In this document: positions 41,422-51,864 of the stretch, piece after piece
Layout of the letters: each line of letters starts with the position of its first letter
Numbering within the stretch: position 1 is the first letter of the stretch
Assembly: GCA_016288825.1 (NCBI GenBank)
Contig: JAEELH010000061.1
Location: 2,967-66,966, forward strand
Direction of reading: 5' to 3'
DNA: 64,000 nucleotides
DNA from: Lachnospiraceae bacterium
GTDB lineage: Bacteria; Bacillota; Clostridia; Lachnospirales; Lachnospiraceae
Made by a program: the position numbers and the translations under genes
Notes under the pieces: model-generated
Databases searched by the model: none
Seen by the model: the letters and a program-made list of their open reading frames with translations, nothing else
What the model was told of the DNA's origin: nothing

Positions 41422-43191
41422 ATGAAGAATCTTAAGCTTACCATGAGAGCAACACTTCTTATCTTGATCGTACCGCTTATCGTTGCTTTGGTTCTGAGTA
41501 TCGCAATTTTCAGCAAAGAGATGTCTGATGTTGCAGAGGAAAGTGAGAGTATCTACTACGAGAACCTGTATCAGATCGGAACTATACTACTTAATGCAGA
41601 CAGAGACTTTTATCAGTCCTACACAGCTGCGCTTAACTTTTACTACCTGAAGGATTCGGGGTTTGTAGATCAGGCTACGTTGGATTCATTCATTGCAGAT
41701 TATGACGACAACCTGGCTCAGGTTAGGGAGAGGGTTCAAAGTGCGGCAGATATATGCAAGGTAGATCCTACGATCTACACACAGAAGACCCTGGACAGTG
41801 GCAACAATTACGAGACCCTCCACAACGCCTTTATGGCGGCTCTTGATGAGTGGGAGGGCATATATGACCTTAAGACCGATTCAGGAGATTGGGGAACATA
41901 CTCCCAGGCTTTTGAACCTACCCGTGAGTATCTTTCCGAGATGAGCGATATCGCTGATGCATGGGCAGTAGACAAGAAAGCTGGTTTAGAGGCAAGCATC
42001 AGAGGCACCATCATCCGTTCGGCTATTATCTTCGGTATAGTTGCACTCATCCTTTTGGGACTGGCTATCTATATTTCCACTCTTATTTCACAGAGTATTG
42101 TCAGGATCCAGAAGTCTATCGGTCGTCTTGCAGACGGAGATTTTGTTACCAGGGTTCGCGCTCATACGGTTATCAAGGACTTCCTGCTTATCATGGATGC
42201 TCTTGAGTCCATGAGACAGAAGCTTCAGGAATCACTGCTTCAGGTTATCGGACATGCTCAGGATGTTGATGAGCGTGCAAGCCAGACAGAGACACGTATT
42301 TCCGACAGCCAGAGGATGACCAACGACATCAATTCAGCAGTTGGTGATCTTGCAAGCGGAGCTACTTCCATGGCACAGGATGTTATGGAGACTTCACATA
42401 TCACAGTTGATATGGGTACCTCAGTTGAGCAGGTACTTGATGCTGCCAAGAACAACCTCGACATGGGCCGTACGGTTTATGAGAATTCTGAGGGCGTACA
42501 GAAGCAGTTGGCAGACCTTAAGGTTGCAGATGAGCGGACAGACGCTATGGCAGGTGAAGTTGCCGAGTCCGTAAGTGCTACCGCAGAGGTTGTTTCTCAG
42601 ATTTCTGAGGCGGCAGATGCCATTATCGCTATTGCATCCCAGACCAACCTTCTTTCACTCAATGCTTCCATTGAGGCAGCGAGAGCAGGTGAGGCCGGCA
42701 AGGGATTCGCGGTTGTTGCGGATGAGATCAAGCAGCTGGCAGAGCAGTCTGATCAGACAGCTAAGGAGATCACAGAGATGCTTTCCAAGATCTCCGCTCT
42801 TTCCGAAAACAACAAGATGCTTACAGGCAACATCAAGGAAGCTACTTCCAATGAGTCTGCAGCACTTCAGGAGATGATCGCATCCTTCGATGAGATGCTT
42901 GGACTTCTTCGTGAGACAGAAGAGGGCAACCGCAGCATCGTTGAACTGGTTGAGTCACTCAACAGCAACAAGGATTCCATTATGAACTCCGTTGAGTCAC
43001 TGTCATCCATTTCAGAGCAGAATGCAGCATCTACCGAGGAGACATCCGCCTCACTGGAGCAGCTTAACAGCAACATGGAGTCAGTTGTTGAGCAGGCTAA
43101 TGACCTTAAGAGCATCGCTGAGGCACTTCAGGCCAACGTTGAATACTTCAAGGTTCATGAGACTGATGTTCAGGGTGCGGCTGAGAACTAG
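41422..43191 (+). CDS. Methyl-accepting chemotaxis protein
   Basis: Two TMs, HAMP-like segment, [31 protein letters not shown]. Confidence 0.95.
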   Translation: MKNLKLTMRATLLILIVPLIVALVLSIAIFSKEMSDVAEESESIYYENLYQIGTILLNADRDFYQSYTAALNFYYLKDSGFVDQATLDSFIADYDDNLAQVRERVQSAADICKVDPTIYTQKTLDSGNNYETLHNAFMAALDEWEGIYDLKTDSGDWGTYSQAFEPTREYLSEMSDIADAWAVDKKAGLEASIRGTIIRSAIIFGIVALILLGLAIYISTLISQSIVRIQKSIGRLADGDFVTRVRAHTVIKDFLLIMDALESMRQKLQESLLQVIGHAQDVDERASQTETRISDSQRMTNDINSAVGDLASGATSMAQDVMETSHITVDMGTSVEQVLDAAKNNLDMGRTVYENSEGVQKQLADLKVADERTDAMAGEVAESVSATAEVVSQISEAADAIIAIASQTNLLSLNASIEAARAGEAGKGFAVVADEIKQLAEQSDQTAKEITEMLSKISALSENNKMLTGNIKEATSNESAALQEMIASFDEMLGLLRETEEGNRSIVELVESLNSNKDSIMNSVESLSSISEQNAASTEETSASLEQLNSNMESVVEQANDLKSIAEALQANVEYFKVHETDVQGAAEN

Positions 43192-43246
43192 GATTTAGAA
43201 AACACTGATCATTTCAGTTTTTTCAAATAAATAATATATGAGTTTC

Positions 43247-43277
43247 AGTGGGCAGGACGATCACCGTTCTGCCCACT
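43247..43277 (+). terminator. Stem-loop between MCP and hisS
   Basis: AGTGGGCAGGACG-ATCAC-CGTTCTGCCCACT; no U-tract. Confidence 0.45.
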
Positions 43278-43297
43278 ACCATGGTTAAGGAGTATGT

Positions 43298-44557
43298 ATG
43301 GCACTTTCGAAGAAACCCGTTAACGGCATGAAGGACATCCTTCCACGAGAGATGGAAATAAGGGATTACGTCACCGGCGTGATCAAAGACACCTACAGGT
43401 CCTTCGGATTTACCCCCATTGAGACCCCGGCGATGGAAAACATCGCTAATCTTACCAACAAGCAGGGTGGCGAAAATGAAAAGCTTATTTTTAAGGTTTT
43501 AAAAAGAGGAGAAAAATTAAACCTCAATGATGCTCATGAGGAGGCAGACGTAGTAGATTACGGTATGAGGTATGATCTTACGGTTCCTCTTTCAAGATTT
43601 TATGCCAATCACGAAAATGAGCTTCCCAGCCCCTTTAAGGCTCTTCAGATAGGAAGCGTATGGAGAGCTGACAGACCTCAGCGCGGTCGTTACAGACAGT
43701 TTACCCAGTGTGATATCGACATCCTTGGTGAGCCTACCAATCTTGCAGAGATCGAGCTTATTACAGCTACAACTACGACCCTTGGCAAGCTGGGCTTCGG
43801 AGGATTTGAGATAAGACTCAATGAGAGAAGGATCCTCAAGGCTATGGCTTCTTACGCCGGCTTCCCTGAGGATAAGTGGGACGGTGTTTTCATCACTCTC
43901 GACAAGATGGATAAGATAGGCCTTGAGGGCGTTAAACAGGAACTTGTGGAGATGGGGTTGTCTTCGGATAGTGTGGAAAAGTACACTGAGCTCTTTGATC
44001 TTCTTGCTGACGTGAGAGATACGGCTTCTGCCATGAGCATGCTTTCGGATAAACTGGGAGATTGCCTCGAGGAGGGCGTGACAGAGAGTATGTGTCAAAT
44101 AGCAGAGGCAGTTAATGCGGCTAAGGCAGCAGATTTTGAACTGGTCTTTGATCCTACTCTGGTCCGTGGTATGGGATATTACACCGGCACAATTTTCGAG
44201 ATCGCCATTCCCGAGTTTGGAGGAAGCTGCGGTGGCGGCGGAAGATATGACCACATGATCGGAAACTTTTCCGGCAAAGATGTTCCGGCCTGCGGTTTTT
44301 CAATAGGATTTGAGCGTATCATCCTGCTTCTTTTGGAACAGGATTTTGTGGTTCCCGGAACCTCTTCGAAGACAGCATATTTGATCGAAAAGGGATATAC
44401 TCCCGAAAAACTTTCAGAGGTTATGAAGGAGGCTGCTGACAAGAGAGCGGCAGGGGAGAGTGTCCTGGTGGTTCGTATGAACAAGAACAAAAAGCACCAG
44501 AAGGAACTGCTGGCGGCTGAGGGATATGATAATATCATTGAGGTATTTAACAGATAG
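43298..44557 (+). CDS. hisS: Histidine-tRNA ligase
   Basis: RYDLTVP, RADRPQRGRYRQF, LVRGMGYYTG and GGGRYD motifs. Confidence 0.95.
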   Translation: MALSKKPVNGMKDILPREMEIRDYVTGVIKDTYRSFGFTPIETPAMENIANLTNKQGGENEKLIFKVLKRGEKLNLNDAHEEADVVDYGMRYDLTVPLSRFYANHENELPSPFKALQIGSVWRADRPQRGRYRQFTQCDIDILGEPTNLAEIELITATTTTLGKLGFGGFEIRLNERRILKAMASYAGFPEDKWDGVFITLDKMDKIGLEGVKQELVEMGLSSDSVEKYTELFDLLADVRDTASAMSMLSDKLGDCLEEGVTESMCQIAEAVNAAKAADFELVFDPTLVRGMGYYTGTIFEIAIPEFGGSCGGGGRYDHMIGNFSGKDVPACGFSIGFERIILLLLEQDFVVPGTSSKTAYLIEKGYTPEKLSEVMKEAADKRAAGESVLVVRMNKNKKHQKELLAAEGYDNIIEVFNR

Positions 44558-44568
44558 GAGAGTAGAAA

Positions 44569-46341
44569 ATGCAATCACGAACACATACGTGCGGAGAGCT
44601 TCGACTTGCCGATGCAGGAGCTGAAGTAACACTCTGCGGGTGGATGGAGAATTTCCGAGAGGTAGGAAGCGGACTGGGATTCATAGTACTCCGTGACTTT
44701 TACGGTACTACACAGCTCGTTGCGGAGACCGAGGATATCATCTCCAAGGTCAAGTCCATCACCAAGGAATCGACCATTCAGGTCAAGGGAACGGTACGTG
44801 AGAGAAGCGCCAAAAATGACAAGCTTCCCACAGGTGAGATAGAGGTCGTTCCGACCGAGATCACCGTTCTCGGAGCCAACAGGCACAACGAGCTTCCCTT
44901 TGAGATCAACAGAAGTACGGAAGCGGACGAGACGGCAAGACTTAAGTACCGTTATCTCGATCTTCGCAATCCGCTTATGAAGGAGCGCATCAAACTCAGA
45001 TCCAACGTGATCGCAGCGCTTCGTTCCGCAATGATAGAGCATGACTTTTTGGAGATCACCACTCCCATCCTTACAGCTTCTTCACCCGAGGGAGCAAGGG
45101 ATTATCTGGTTCCTTCCAGAAAACATCCGGGTAAGTTTTACGCACTGCCTCAGGCACCTCAGCAGTTCAAGCAGCTGCTCATGACCTCAGGTATCGACAG
45201 ATACTTCCAGATCGCACCCTGCTTCAGGGATGAGGATGCCAGAGGAGACAGAAGCCCCGGTGAGTTCTATCAGCTGGACATGGAGATGGCTTTTGCTTCC
45301 AAGGATGATGTATTTGCCATTATCGAGGATGTTCTTCCTCCTGTTTTTGCAAAGTACGGAACCTACGATACCGCTTCCAAGGCACCTTTTGTCAGGATAC
45401 CTTTTGCGGAGTCCATGGAGAAGTATGGTACTGACAAGCCGGATCTTCGTATCGACCTTACGGTAAGTGATGTGTCAGGTGTTATGTCCGATATCGGATT
45501 TGAGCCTTTTGCAGGCAATACGGTTAAGGCAGTTGTGATCAGTGATTTCCACGAGAGCAGGAAGTTTATTGATAAGACCTGTGAAGAGGTGGAAGTAGTA
45601 GCCGGACGTAAGCCTTACTGGTTCAGAGTAGATGAGAATATGGAAATCGTTGGCGGCATTGCCAAGTTCGTTACTCCCATCAAGGATCAGGTCGTGTCCG
45701 AACTCGGACTTGAAAAGGATACACTGGTAGTTCTTTCCGCAGGTACTTTGGGAGAGGCTCAGAAGACGGCAGGTGTTGTCATCAAGACCTTTGGTGGTAA
45801 GCTTGAAAACCATATTGATCGTGAAAAGTATGAGTTCTGCTGGATAGTTGATTTCCCTCTTTATGAGATAGGTGAGGAGAGCGGTGAGCTTGAGTTCTGC
45901 CACAATCCTTTCTCCATGCCTACTGGCGGACTTGATGTCCTCCTCAAGGCTGAACGCGGCGAGATCGATCCTCTTTCCATCATGGCAGATCAGTACGATC
46001 TGGTAGTCAACGGCATTGAACTTTCATCAGGTGCAGTACGAAACCATGATCCCGAGATCATGATCAAGGCATTTGAACTTGTTCGCCTGGGCGAGGATGA
46101 TGTTAAGGCAAAGTTCCCTGCCATGTACAATGCTTTCACCTACGGAGCACCGCCTCATGCAGGGATCGCTCCCGGAGTGGACCGTATGGTAATGCTTCTG
46201 GCAGGCGTTGACACCATAAGAGAGATCATTCCTTTCCCTATGAACAAAAATGCTCAGGACATCCTTATGGGTGCACCCGGAGAAGTTACGCAGGCACAGC
46301 TGGACGAACTGAACATTTCTGTAACTGCGTTGGAAGAATAA
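44569..46341 (+). CDS. aspS: Aspartate-tRNA ligase
   Basis: PEGARDY, LPQAPQQFKQ, CFRDED, EFYQLD and GAPPHAG motifs. Confidence 0.96.
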   Translation: MQSRTHTCGELRLADAGAEVTLCGWMENFREVGSGLGFIVLRDFYGTTQLVAETEDIISKVKSITKESTIQVKGTVRERSAKNDKLPTGEIEVVPTEITVLGANRHNELPFEINRSTEADETARLKYRYLDLRNPLMKERIKLRSNVIAALRSAMIEHDFLEITTPILTASSPEGARDYLVPSRKHPGKFYALPQAPQQFKQLLMTSGIDRYFQIAPCFRDEDARGDRSPGEFYQLDMEMAFASKDDVFAIIEDVLPPVFAKYGTYDTASKAPFVRIPFAESMEKYGTDKPDLRIDLTVSDVSGVMSDIGFEPFAGNTVKAVVISDFHESRKFIDKTCEEVEVVAGRKPYWFRVDENMEIVGGIAKFVTPIKDQVVSELGLEKDTLVVLSAGTLGEAQKTAGVVIKTFGGKLENHIDREKYEFCWIVDFPLYEIGEESGELEFCHNPFSMPTGGLDVLLKAERGEIDPLSIMADQYDLVVNGIELSSGAVRNHDPEIMIKAFELVRLGEDDVKAKFPAMYNAFTYGAPPHAGIAPGVDRMVMLLAGVDTIREIIPFPMNKNAQDILMGAPGEVTQAQLDELNISVTALEE

Positions 46342-46377
46342 TGATTTGAACCTTTAGTGATTATGTATTTGTAGATA

Positions 46378-46517
46378 GGTGGATTGATCACATGATACCC
46401 ATAGCGACCTTTGTTTTCCGTCGTTACTTACGTGGCGTTCTTTGCCACGTTATGTAACGTGACGAGAAAAATAAGAGCGAAAGCGTGTCGCCAAGGGTAT
46501 TATGTGATCGATCTGCC
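46378..46517 (+). ncRNA. Unassigned structured non-coding element, copy B (RNA or ssDNA)
   Basis: 23-bp outer stem with four G-T wobbles, same core as 18304-18439, GC-GAAA-GC hairpin. Confidence 0.6.
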
Positions 46518-46533
46518 GGTATAGGAATAGAAA

Positions 46534-47616
46534 ATGAAAGAATTTTTAAAACGTAAAGACATTGAGATTTCAGTACAGCGTTATCTTATAGACGCGCTTG
46601 GCGCCATGGCCCAGGGCCTTTTTGCATCCCTGCTCATCGGCACCATCATCAACACCATCGGCACCCAGTTTGCAGTACCATTTCTTACTAATCCGGTAGC
46701 AACAGTAGGAGATGTGACATACACAGTTGGCGGCCTTGCAATGGCTATGAGCGGTCCTGCCATGGCAGTGGCAATAGCTTACGCTCTTAAGTGTCCGCCC
46801 CTTGTGCTTTTCTCCATGGTTTCCGTTGGATTTGCGGCAAATGCTCTCGGCGGAGCAGGCGGCCCTCTGGCTGTGCTTTTTATAGCGATCATTGCTTCGG
46901 AGATCGGCAAGGCTGTTTCTAAGGAGACTAAGATCGATATCCTTGTAACACCACTTGTTACTATCGGTGTGGGTATCTTTTTGTCATGGCTTATCGCACC
47001 GGCCCTTGGTAAGGCGGCTATGGCTCTTGGACAGGCTATCATGTGGGCAACGGAGCTTCAGCCCTTCCTTATGGGAATTATAGTAGCTGTTCTGGTTGGA
47101 ATGGCACTTACACTTCCTATATCATCAGCAGCCATCTGTGCGGCTTTGTCCCTTACCGGACTTGCCGGAGGTGCGGCAGTAGCAGGATGTTGTGCACAGA
47201 TGGTAGGATTTGCTATAATCTCATTCAGGGACAACGGTTTTGGCGGTCTCATTTCGCAGGGTATCGGAACTTCAATGCTTCAGATGCCCAACATCATCAA
47301 AAATCCCAAGATCTGGGTAGCACCTACACTGGCTTCTGCTATCACAGGACCTATTGCAACCTGTGTATTCCATCTTCAGATGAATGGCCCGGCTATTTCC
47401 TCAGGAATGGGAACCTGCGGACTCGTAGGACAGATCGGTGTAGCAACCGGATGGTCAGCAGATGTGGCTTCAGGTGTTAAAGCAGCTGTTACGCCCATGG
47501 ATTGGGTCGGACTTATTCTTATATCATTTGTTCTTCCTGCAATCTTTTCACTTGCTTTTGATATGATCGGCCGCAAGCTTGAGTGGGTCAAGGACGGCGA
47601 TATGAAACTTGGTTGA
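46534..47616 (+). CDS. PTS EIIC-like membrane protein
   Basis: MAQGLFASLLIG, LPISSAA, QGIGTSMLQMPNI and SGMGTCG motifs. Confidence 0.8.
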   Translation: MKEFLKRKDIEISVQRYLIDALGAMAQGLFASLLIGTIINTIGTQFAVPFLTNPVATVGDVTYTVGGLAMAMSGPAMAVAIAYALKCPPLVLFSMVSVGFAANALGGAGGPLAVLFIAIIASEIGKAVSKETKIDILVTPLVTIGVGIFLSWLIAPALGKAAMALGQAIMWATELQPFLMGIIVAVLVGMALTLPISSAAICAALSLTGLAGGAAVAGCCAQMVGFAIISFRDNGFGGLISQGIGTSMLQMPNIIKNPKIWVAPTLASAITGPIATCVFHLQMNGPAISSGMGTCGLVGQIGVATGWSADVASGVKAAVTPMDWVGLILISFVLPAIFSLAFDMIGRKLEWVKDGDMKLG

Positions 47617-47772
47617 TAAGTTATAACAGGTTTTAAGATATTTTATAAGATTGAAAAAGTGTATTGCAATGAAAAAGTTGGAAAAAACAAAACGGTTGTA
47701 TTATGTATACAAGTACGATATAATTAATCGCAGAGATACTCATTAACCAATGAAATTACAGGAGGTATAGTA

Positions 47773-48228
47773 ATGGAAGGTCTTGTTAATGCAATTCTTG
47801 CGGGTTTATTGGTTTACTCAGTGATCAGTATCGTATGGTACATCATCCTGGTTATCGCAAACTGGAAGATTTTCACCAAGGCAGATGAGCCCGGATGGAT
47901 GTCGATCATTCCGATCCTTAACACTTATATTATTTTCAAGATCTCTTGGAAGGCATCTATGTTTTGGATCATGCTTGGTTCAGCCGTTGTCGGAGGAGTT
48001 CTTGCTTCTATAGCTCAGGACAATACCATTCTTCTTATTCTCGGATGTGTCTTTACACTGGCTGCAGCTGTTATCGGCATCATTGATATTCATAAGCTTT
48101 CAAAATCATTTGGTCATGGTGTTGGATTTACACTGGGTCTTATCTTCTTAAGCCCTATCTTTACACTGATCCTTGGATTCGGTTCTTCAGAGTACATCGG
48201 ACCCGATGTAGAAGAGGAGTACGAATAA
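47773..48228 (+). CDS. Small membrane protein (DUF5684-like)
   Basis: WKIFTKADEPGWMSIIPILN and KSFGHGVGFTLGL motifs. Confidence 0.75.
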   Translation: MEGLVNAILAGLLVYSVISIVWYIILVIANWKIFTKADEPGWMSIIPILNTYIIFKISWKASMFWIMLGSAVVGGVLASIAQDNTILLILGCVFTLAAAVIGIIDIHKLSKSFGHGVGFTLGLIFLSPIFTLILGFGSSEYIGPDVEEEYE

Positions 48229-48258
48229 GCTTTAAAAGCGAATAATTTTATCAAGCTT

Positions 48259-48289
48259 CACCCCGTGGTTTTCCGCGGGGTGTTTTTTT
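48259..48289 (+). terminator. Intrinsic terminator
   Basis: CACCCCGTGG-TTTT-CCGCGGGGTG followed by T7. Confidence 0.9.
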
Positions 48290-48309
48290 GTGTCGCATGA
48301 GGTATATTC

Positions 48310-48339
48310 TTGACATGATGGGAGCCGAAAGTGTAAAAT
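48310..48339 (+). promoter_or_regulatory. Sigma-A promoter for the 48.4-58.2 kb cluster
   Basis: TTGACA-18-TAAAAT. Confidence 0.55.
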
Positions 48340-48432
48340 AATTACATTACTTTGCGGTTATTGACAGAAAGTTTTGTGTAGAATGCACAATTTTCTGAAC
48401 ATATGATGCTTATGCAATAGAGGGGGGCCGGT

Positions 48433-50301
48433 GTGAGTAAAAACAAAGAACCGATGGGACAGAAAAAAGTAGGTTATGGCAGGCTGGTATACGAGGCGCT
48501 TCCTGAGATGTGGAGCTTTCAGTTTATAATAACCATCGTTACGGCAATTCCCATGTACCTTTTAAAGGGTCCGGTTGCAGCCATTGCCACGGTTGATGGT
48601 GTTGCGGTGACCACTGCGAACATTAAGGGGTTACTTCTCAGTTGGCGATTCCCGGTACTTTTACTCATAGGTATAATGGTCGTCGTCTACTTTATCGTGG
48701 TGGAACTTTTTGCTCAGGTGTGTCTGTGTGACGATATCCTTCAGGGTAATAGTGCCGGGGCGAAGCGTGAGCTGAAGCGGGCTTTTTCATCCATCAAAAA
48801 GTTCTTCAATCCTGTAGGCATCGGAGTATTATTGTATGTTTTCATTGCCGTTCCCCTCTGCGGAATGGGCTTTTCCATAAGCCTGACCGAGCAGTTTCAC
48901 ATACCGAATTTTATAATGGATGTTGTAGTTGCCACGCCGCTGTATGCCGCAGCGTATTTGGCAGTTATAATTGTCCTGGTGTGGTTTGGTTTCCGGGGGA
49001 TCTTTACATTACATGCGGTTCTGATAGACGACATGACCCCGGCAGAGGGTATGAAAAGATCCGTTGAGTTGATCAAGAAAAACAAATGGACGCTGATCAA
49101 GGGCATGATCAAGGTATTTATCGTATGTGCCCTGATACAGGTGGCAGTCAATTTCCTGTTTAATGTTTTCCTGGTGGGAGTCGGAGATGATGTAGGACAG
49201 ACCCTTCCCAAGAATTATTATATTGATGTTTTTTCGGGCGCAAGCCTGACCGACATGGAGAAAGAGATCCTGGCCTATCGTATAGCATCCGCTATTGCCA
49301 TCATTGTTGGTAAGTACATCAATACCATAGTGGTGCTTTTGACAGGTACCTACATCATGCTCAGGTTCACAAAGTTTTACTTTGAATTTACCAGGGGTGA
49401 TTTTGAGGAATACTTAGAGCGTCCCAAGAGGAAACGTTATATCGGTAAAGTAGTGTCCAGTGTTGTGATCATAGTGGCATTGTTTATCCTCTCGATCGGA
49501 GTGGGATTGTTATATAATCAGATGATCCCCAAGGAGGAACCCGTAAAGTGTATCGCCCACAGGACCGGCGGTACCATGGCTTCGGAGAATTCCGTAGAGG
49601 GTCTTGAGCTTGCGGTGCAACACGGATGCTACGGAAGTGAAACGGATATCCACAGGACTCTGGATGGCTACTATATTATTAACCATGATAATGATTTCAA
49701 GAGGTTGACAGGGGTAGCAAAAGCGCCCAAGGACATGACCCTGGATGAGATCATGCAGCTTGAGATAAAAGACACTACCGGCAACGGTCAAAAACTCAAG
49801 GTTCCTACTTTAGAGGAACTATTGGATGTTACCAAGGATAGCGGCACCAGACTCTTTATCGAGTTCAAGGGTGCTACCGCCGACCAGCAGGAGGCGGATG
49901 ATGTGGCCCGTATGATAAAAGAACGGGATATGGTGGATGACGTGGCTATCATCTCCCTGGACTACAACATCATAGATTATACCGAGACTCATTATCCCGA
50001 ACTCATGACAGGTACGCTGTTCTTCGCAGGACTTGGAAATATCGCGAATCTCAATTGTGACCTGCTCATCATGGAGGAGGAGATCGCTACGGATGCTACC
50101 ATCGGCCTTGTACATGCGGCAAACAAGGTGGCGGTGGTATGGACGGTCAATACCAGAGAGAACATGAACAAGTTCCAGGACTCTGATATAGATGCGATCA
50201 TCACGGATGAGGTCGAGATGTTTGAAGAGGTTCAGGAGGAGCATGAGAATAGGTCGGATTATGAGACCATGGACGCGAGACTCAGTAACATGTTTGATTA
50301 G
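48433..50301 (+). CDS. Membrane-anchored glycerophosphodiester phosphodiesterase (paralog of 2883-4700)
   Basis: Multi-TM N-terminus; AHR, SENS, ETDI, NHD, IEFK, WTVN and IITD motifs. Confidence 0.85.
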   Translation: MSKNKEPMGQKKVGYGRLVYEALPEMWSFQFIITIVTAIPMYLLKGPVAAIATVDGVAVTTANIKGLLLSWRFPVLLLIGIMVVVYFIVVELFAQVCLCDDILQGNSAGAKRELKRAFSSIKKFFNPVGIGVLLYVFIAVPLCGMGFSISLTEQFHIPNFIMDVVVATPLYAAAYLAVIIVLVWFGFRGIFTLHAVLIDDMTPAEGMKRSVELIKKNKWTLIKGMIKVFIVCALIQVAVNFLFNVFLVGVGDDVGQTLPKNYYIDVFSGASLTDMEKEILAYRIASAIAIIVGKYINTIVVLLTGTYIMLRFTKFYFEFTRGDFEEYLERPKRKRYIGKVVSSVVIIVALFILSIGVGLLYNQMIPKEEPVKCIAHRTGGTMASENSVEGLELAVQHGCYGSETDIHRTLDGYYIINHDNDFKRLTGVAKAPKDMTLDEIMQLEIKDTTGNGQKLKVPTLEELLDVTKDSGTRLFIEFKGATADQQEADDVARMIKERDMVDDVAIISLDYNIIDYTETHYPELMTGTLFFAGLGNIANLNCDLLIMEEEIATDATIGLVHAANKVAVVWTVNTRENMNKFQDSDIDAIITDEVEMFEEVQEEHENRSDYETMDARLSNMFD

Positions 50302-50313
50302 AAGGAGAGAATT

Positions 50314-51006
50314 ATGAAAGCAGAGATCATGGGTGGAAGTTTTCCTGTAGCAATAGTTGAGTTGGAGCAGGGGCAGGCTGTACAGTGTGAGTCAGGCGCC
50401 ATGGCATGGTTTAACGGCGGGCTCAAGATGTATACCAATACAGGTGGAGGACTGTTTAAGATGTTTGGGCGTTGGATTTCCGGTGAGTCGATCTTTCTGA
50501 ACCGATATGTGGCTGAGGATGGACCCGGTATCATTTCCATAGCAGCTCATTCACCCGGCGAGATCAGGAAGGTTTCTCTTACTCCGGATAAGCCCATACT
50601 TGTTCAGAAGGGCTCATTTTTGGCTATGGATGATGGTGCGGATCTTTCCATGTTCTTCCAGAAAAAGCTTAAGTCCGGTCTTTTTGGTGGAGAAGGTTTT
50701 GTCATGAACAAAATGAAGGGCACCGGAGATGTACTTTTGGAGATCGATGGCGGCGCGGTAGAATACGATCTGGAAGAGGGAGAGACACTGATCATTGATA
50801 CCGGTTATCTGGTTATGATGGACGCAACTTGCAAGCTTAAGGCAAAGATGGTCAAAGGATTGAAAAATATCATCTTCGGCGGAGAAGGTCTTTTCAATAC
50901 CCACGTTACCGGACCCGGACATGTTATTGTCCAGACTATGCCCCTGTCCCGGTTTACCCGGATGGTGCGTGGCATAATGAAGAAGATCAAAAAACGTGGA
51001 AGATAA
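50314..51006 (+). CDS. AIM24 / TIGR00266 family protein
   Basis: ESGAMAW, GESIFLNRY, LFGGEGF and FGGEGLFNT..TGPG.V..QT motifs. Confidence 0.88.
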   Translation: MKAEIMGGSFPVAIVELEQGQAVQCESGAMAWFNGGLKMYTNTGGGLFKMFGRWISGESIFLNRYVAEDGPGIISIAAHSPGEIRKVSLTPDKPILVQKGSFLAMDDGADLSMFFQKKLKSGLFGGEGFVMNKMKGTGDVLLEIDGGAVEYDLEEGETLIIDTGYLVMMDATCKLKAKMVKGLKNIIFGGEGLFNTHVTGPGHVIVQTMPLSRFTRMVRGIMKKIKKRGR

Positions 51007-51021
51007 AAAGGCGGGATCTAC

Positions 51022-51861
51022 ATGAATATCAAAGAAATCATGGAAGATAATATAGAAGAATATTCTTCTATCATAAGTGAGGATGTGGCAGAAAACATGG
51101 AGCGCATGTATTATCGCGGATTGGCGTGTCATGATGATGACGGCGGCGTTCAGTCTGCAATGATATGGGAATTGCGTTCCGTGGAAAAAGATGGCGATAC
51201 AGAGGCATGCATAGAGAGTGTATATGCTGATGATCTGGGCAGTCTGGAGGACCTGCTTAAGGAATACCATGATCAGGCAGTGGACGAGGAAGTAGTCAGG
51301 TCTTTTTTTGAGATTACCGCTTTAGATAAAGAGGTTGGCGATGCCCTTGGGGGCCTGGGTTTTGATATTTCATCTGTAGAGGGCAGTGACGTTATGTTGA
51401 CGGTGTCCGAGCTTGCGGCAATTCCCTTGATGAAGAAAAAGCCGCCGAGCTATATCAAAAGCATAGCTGAGCTGGATATTAAATCCTATCACCAGGGCAT
51501 CATGAAGATCCTTTTCAAAAATGATGTAAGTGCTATGGAGGATCTGAGTTATATCCCCAAGACCTGGTTTGAGCAGGACGTGTCATGTTATGTTATTACC
51601 GATAACAAAGTTAACGGCTTTTTGTTGGTCCACAAGTTTCCTTCTGGAATACTTAGGCCCGTTTTGTATTGTGCTACTGGTCCCGACAGCGTCAAGGATC
51701 TGGCCTATATGATGATATACTCCATAGGCAGGGCAGCAGAAAAGCATCCCGACAGCAAGGTGCTGATCCGCAGGAGAAATGACAAAGTTAAGGCCATGGT
51801 AAATAAGCTTTTTCCCGGGAAAAAGGGTGAGCCTGCCATGTCAGGGAAACGGGAGGAGTAA
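51022..51861 (+). CDS. Hypothetical protein, probable degenerate GNAT-fold (similar to 55878-56768)
   Basis: C-terminal half aligns by eye with the 55878 protein. Confidence 0.55.
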   Translation: MNIKEIMEDNIEEYSSIISEDVAENMERMYYRGLACHDDDGGVQSAMIWELRSVEKDGDTEACIESVYADDLGSLEDLLKEYHDQAVDEEVVRSFFEITALDKEVGDALGGLGFDISSVEGSDVMLTVSELAAIPLMKKKPPSYIKSIAELDIKSYHQGIMKILFKNDVSAMEDLSYIPKTWFEQDVSCYVITDNKVNGFLLVHKFPSGILRPVLYCATGPDSVKDLAYMMIYSIGRAAEKHPDSKVLIRRRNDKVKAMVNKLFPGKKGEPAMSGKREE

Positions 51862-51864
51862 GCT

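Noticed and set aside
43192-43297. T-box riboswitch upstream of hisS-aspS
   Set aside because: Gap is only about 105 bp with one hairpin; no T-box sequence or specifier stem (same for the asnS leader)
47696-47712. TTGTAT-N5-ATACAA inverted repeat as an operator upstream of the DUF5684-like gene
   Set aside because: Short, AT-rich, single occurrence and no adjacent regulator; cannot be told from chance
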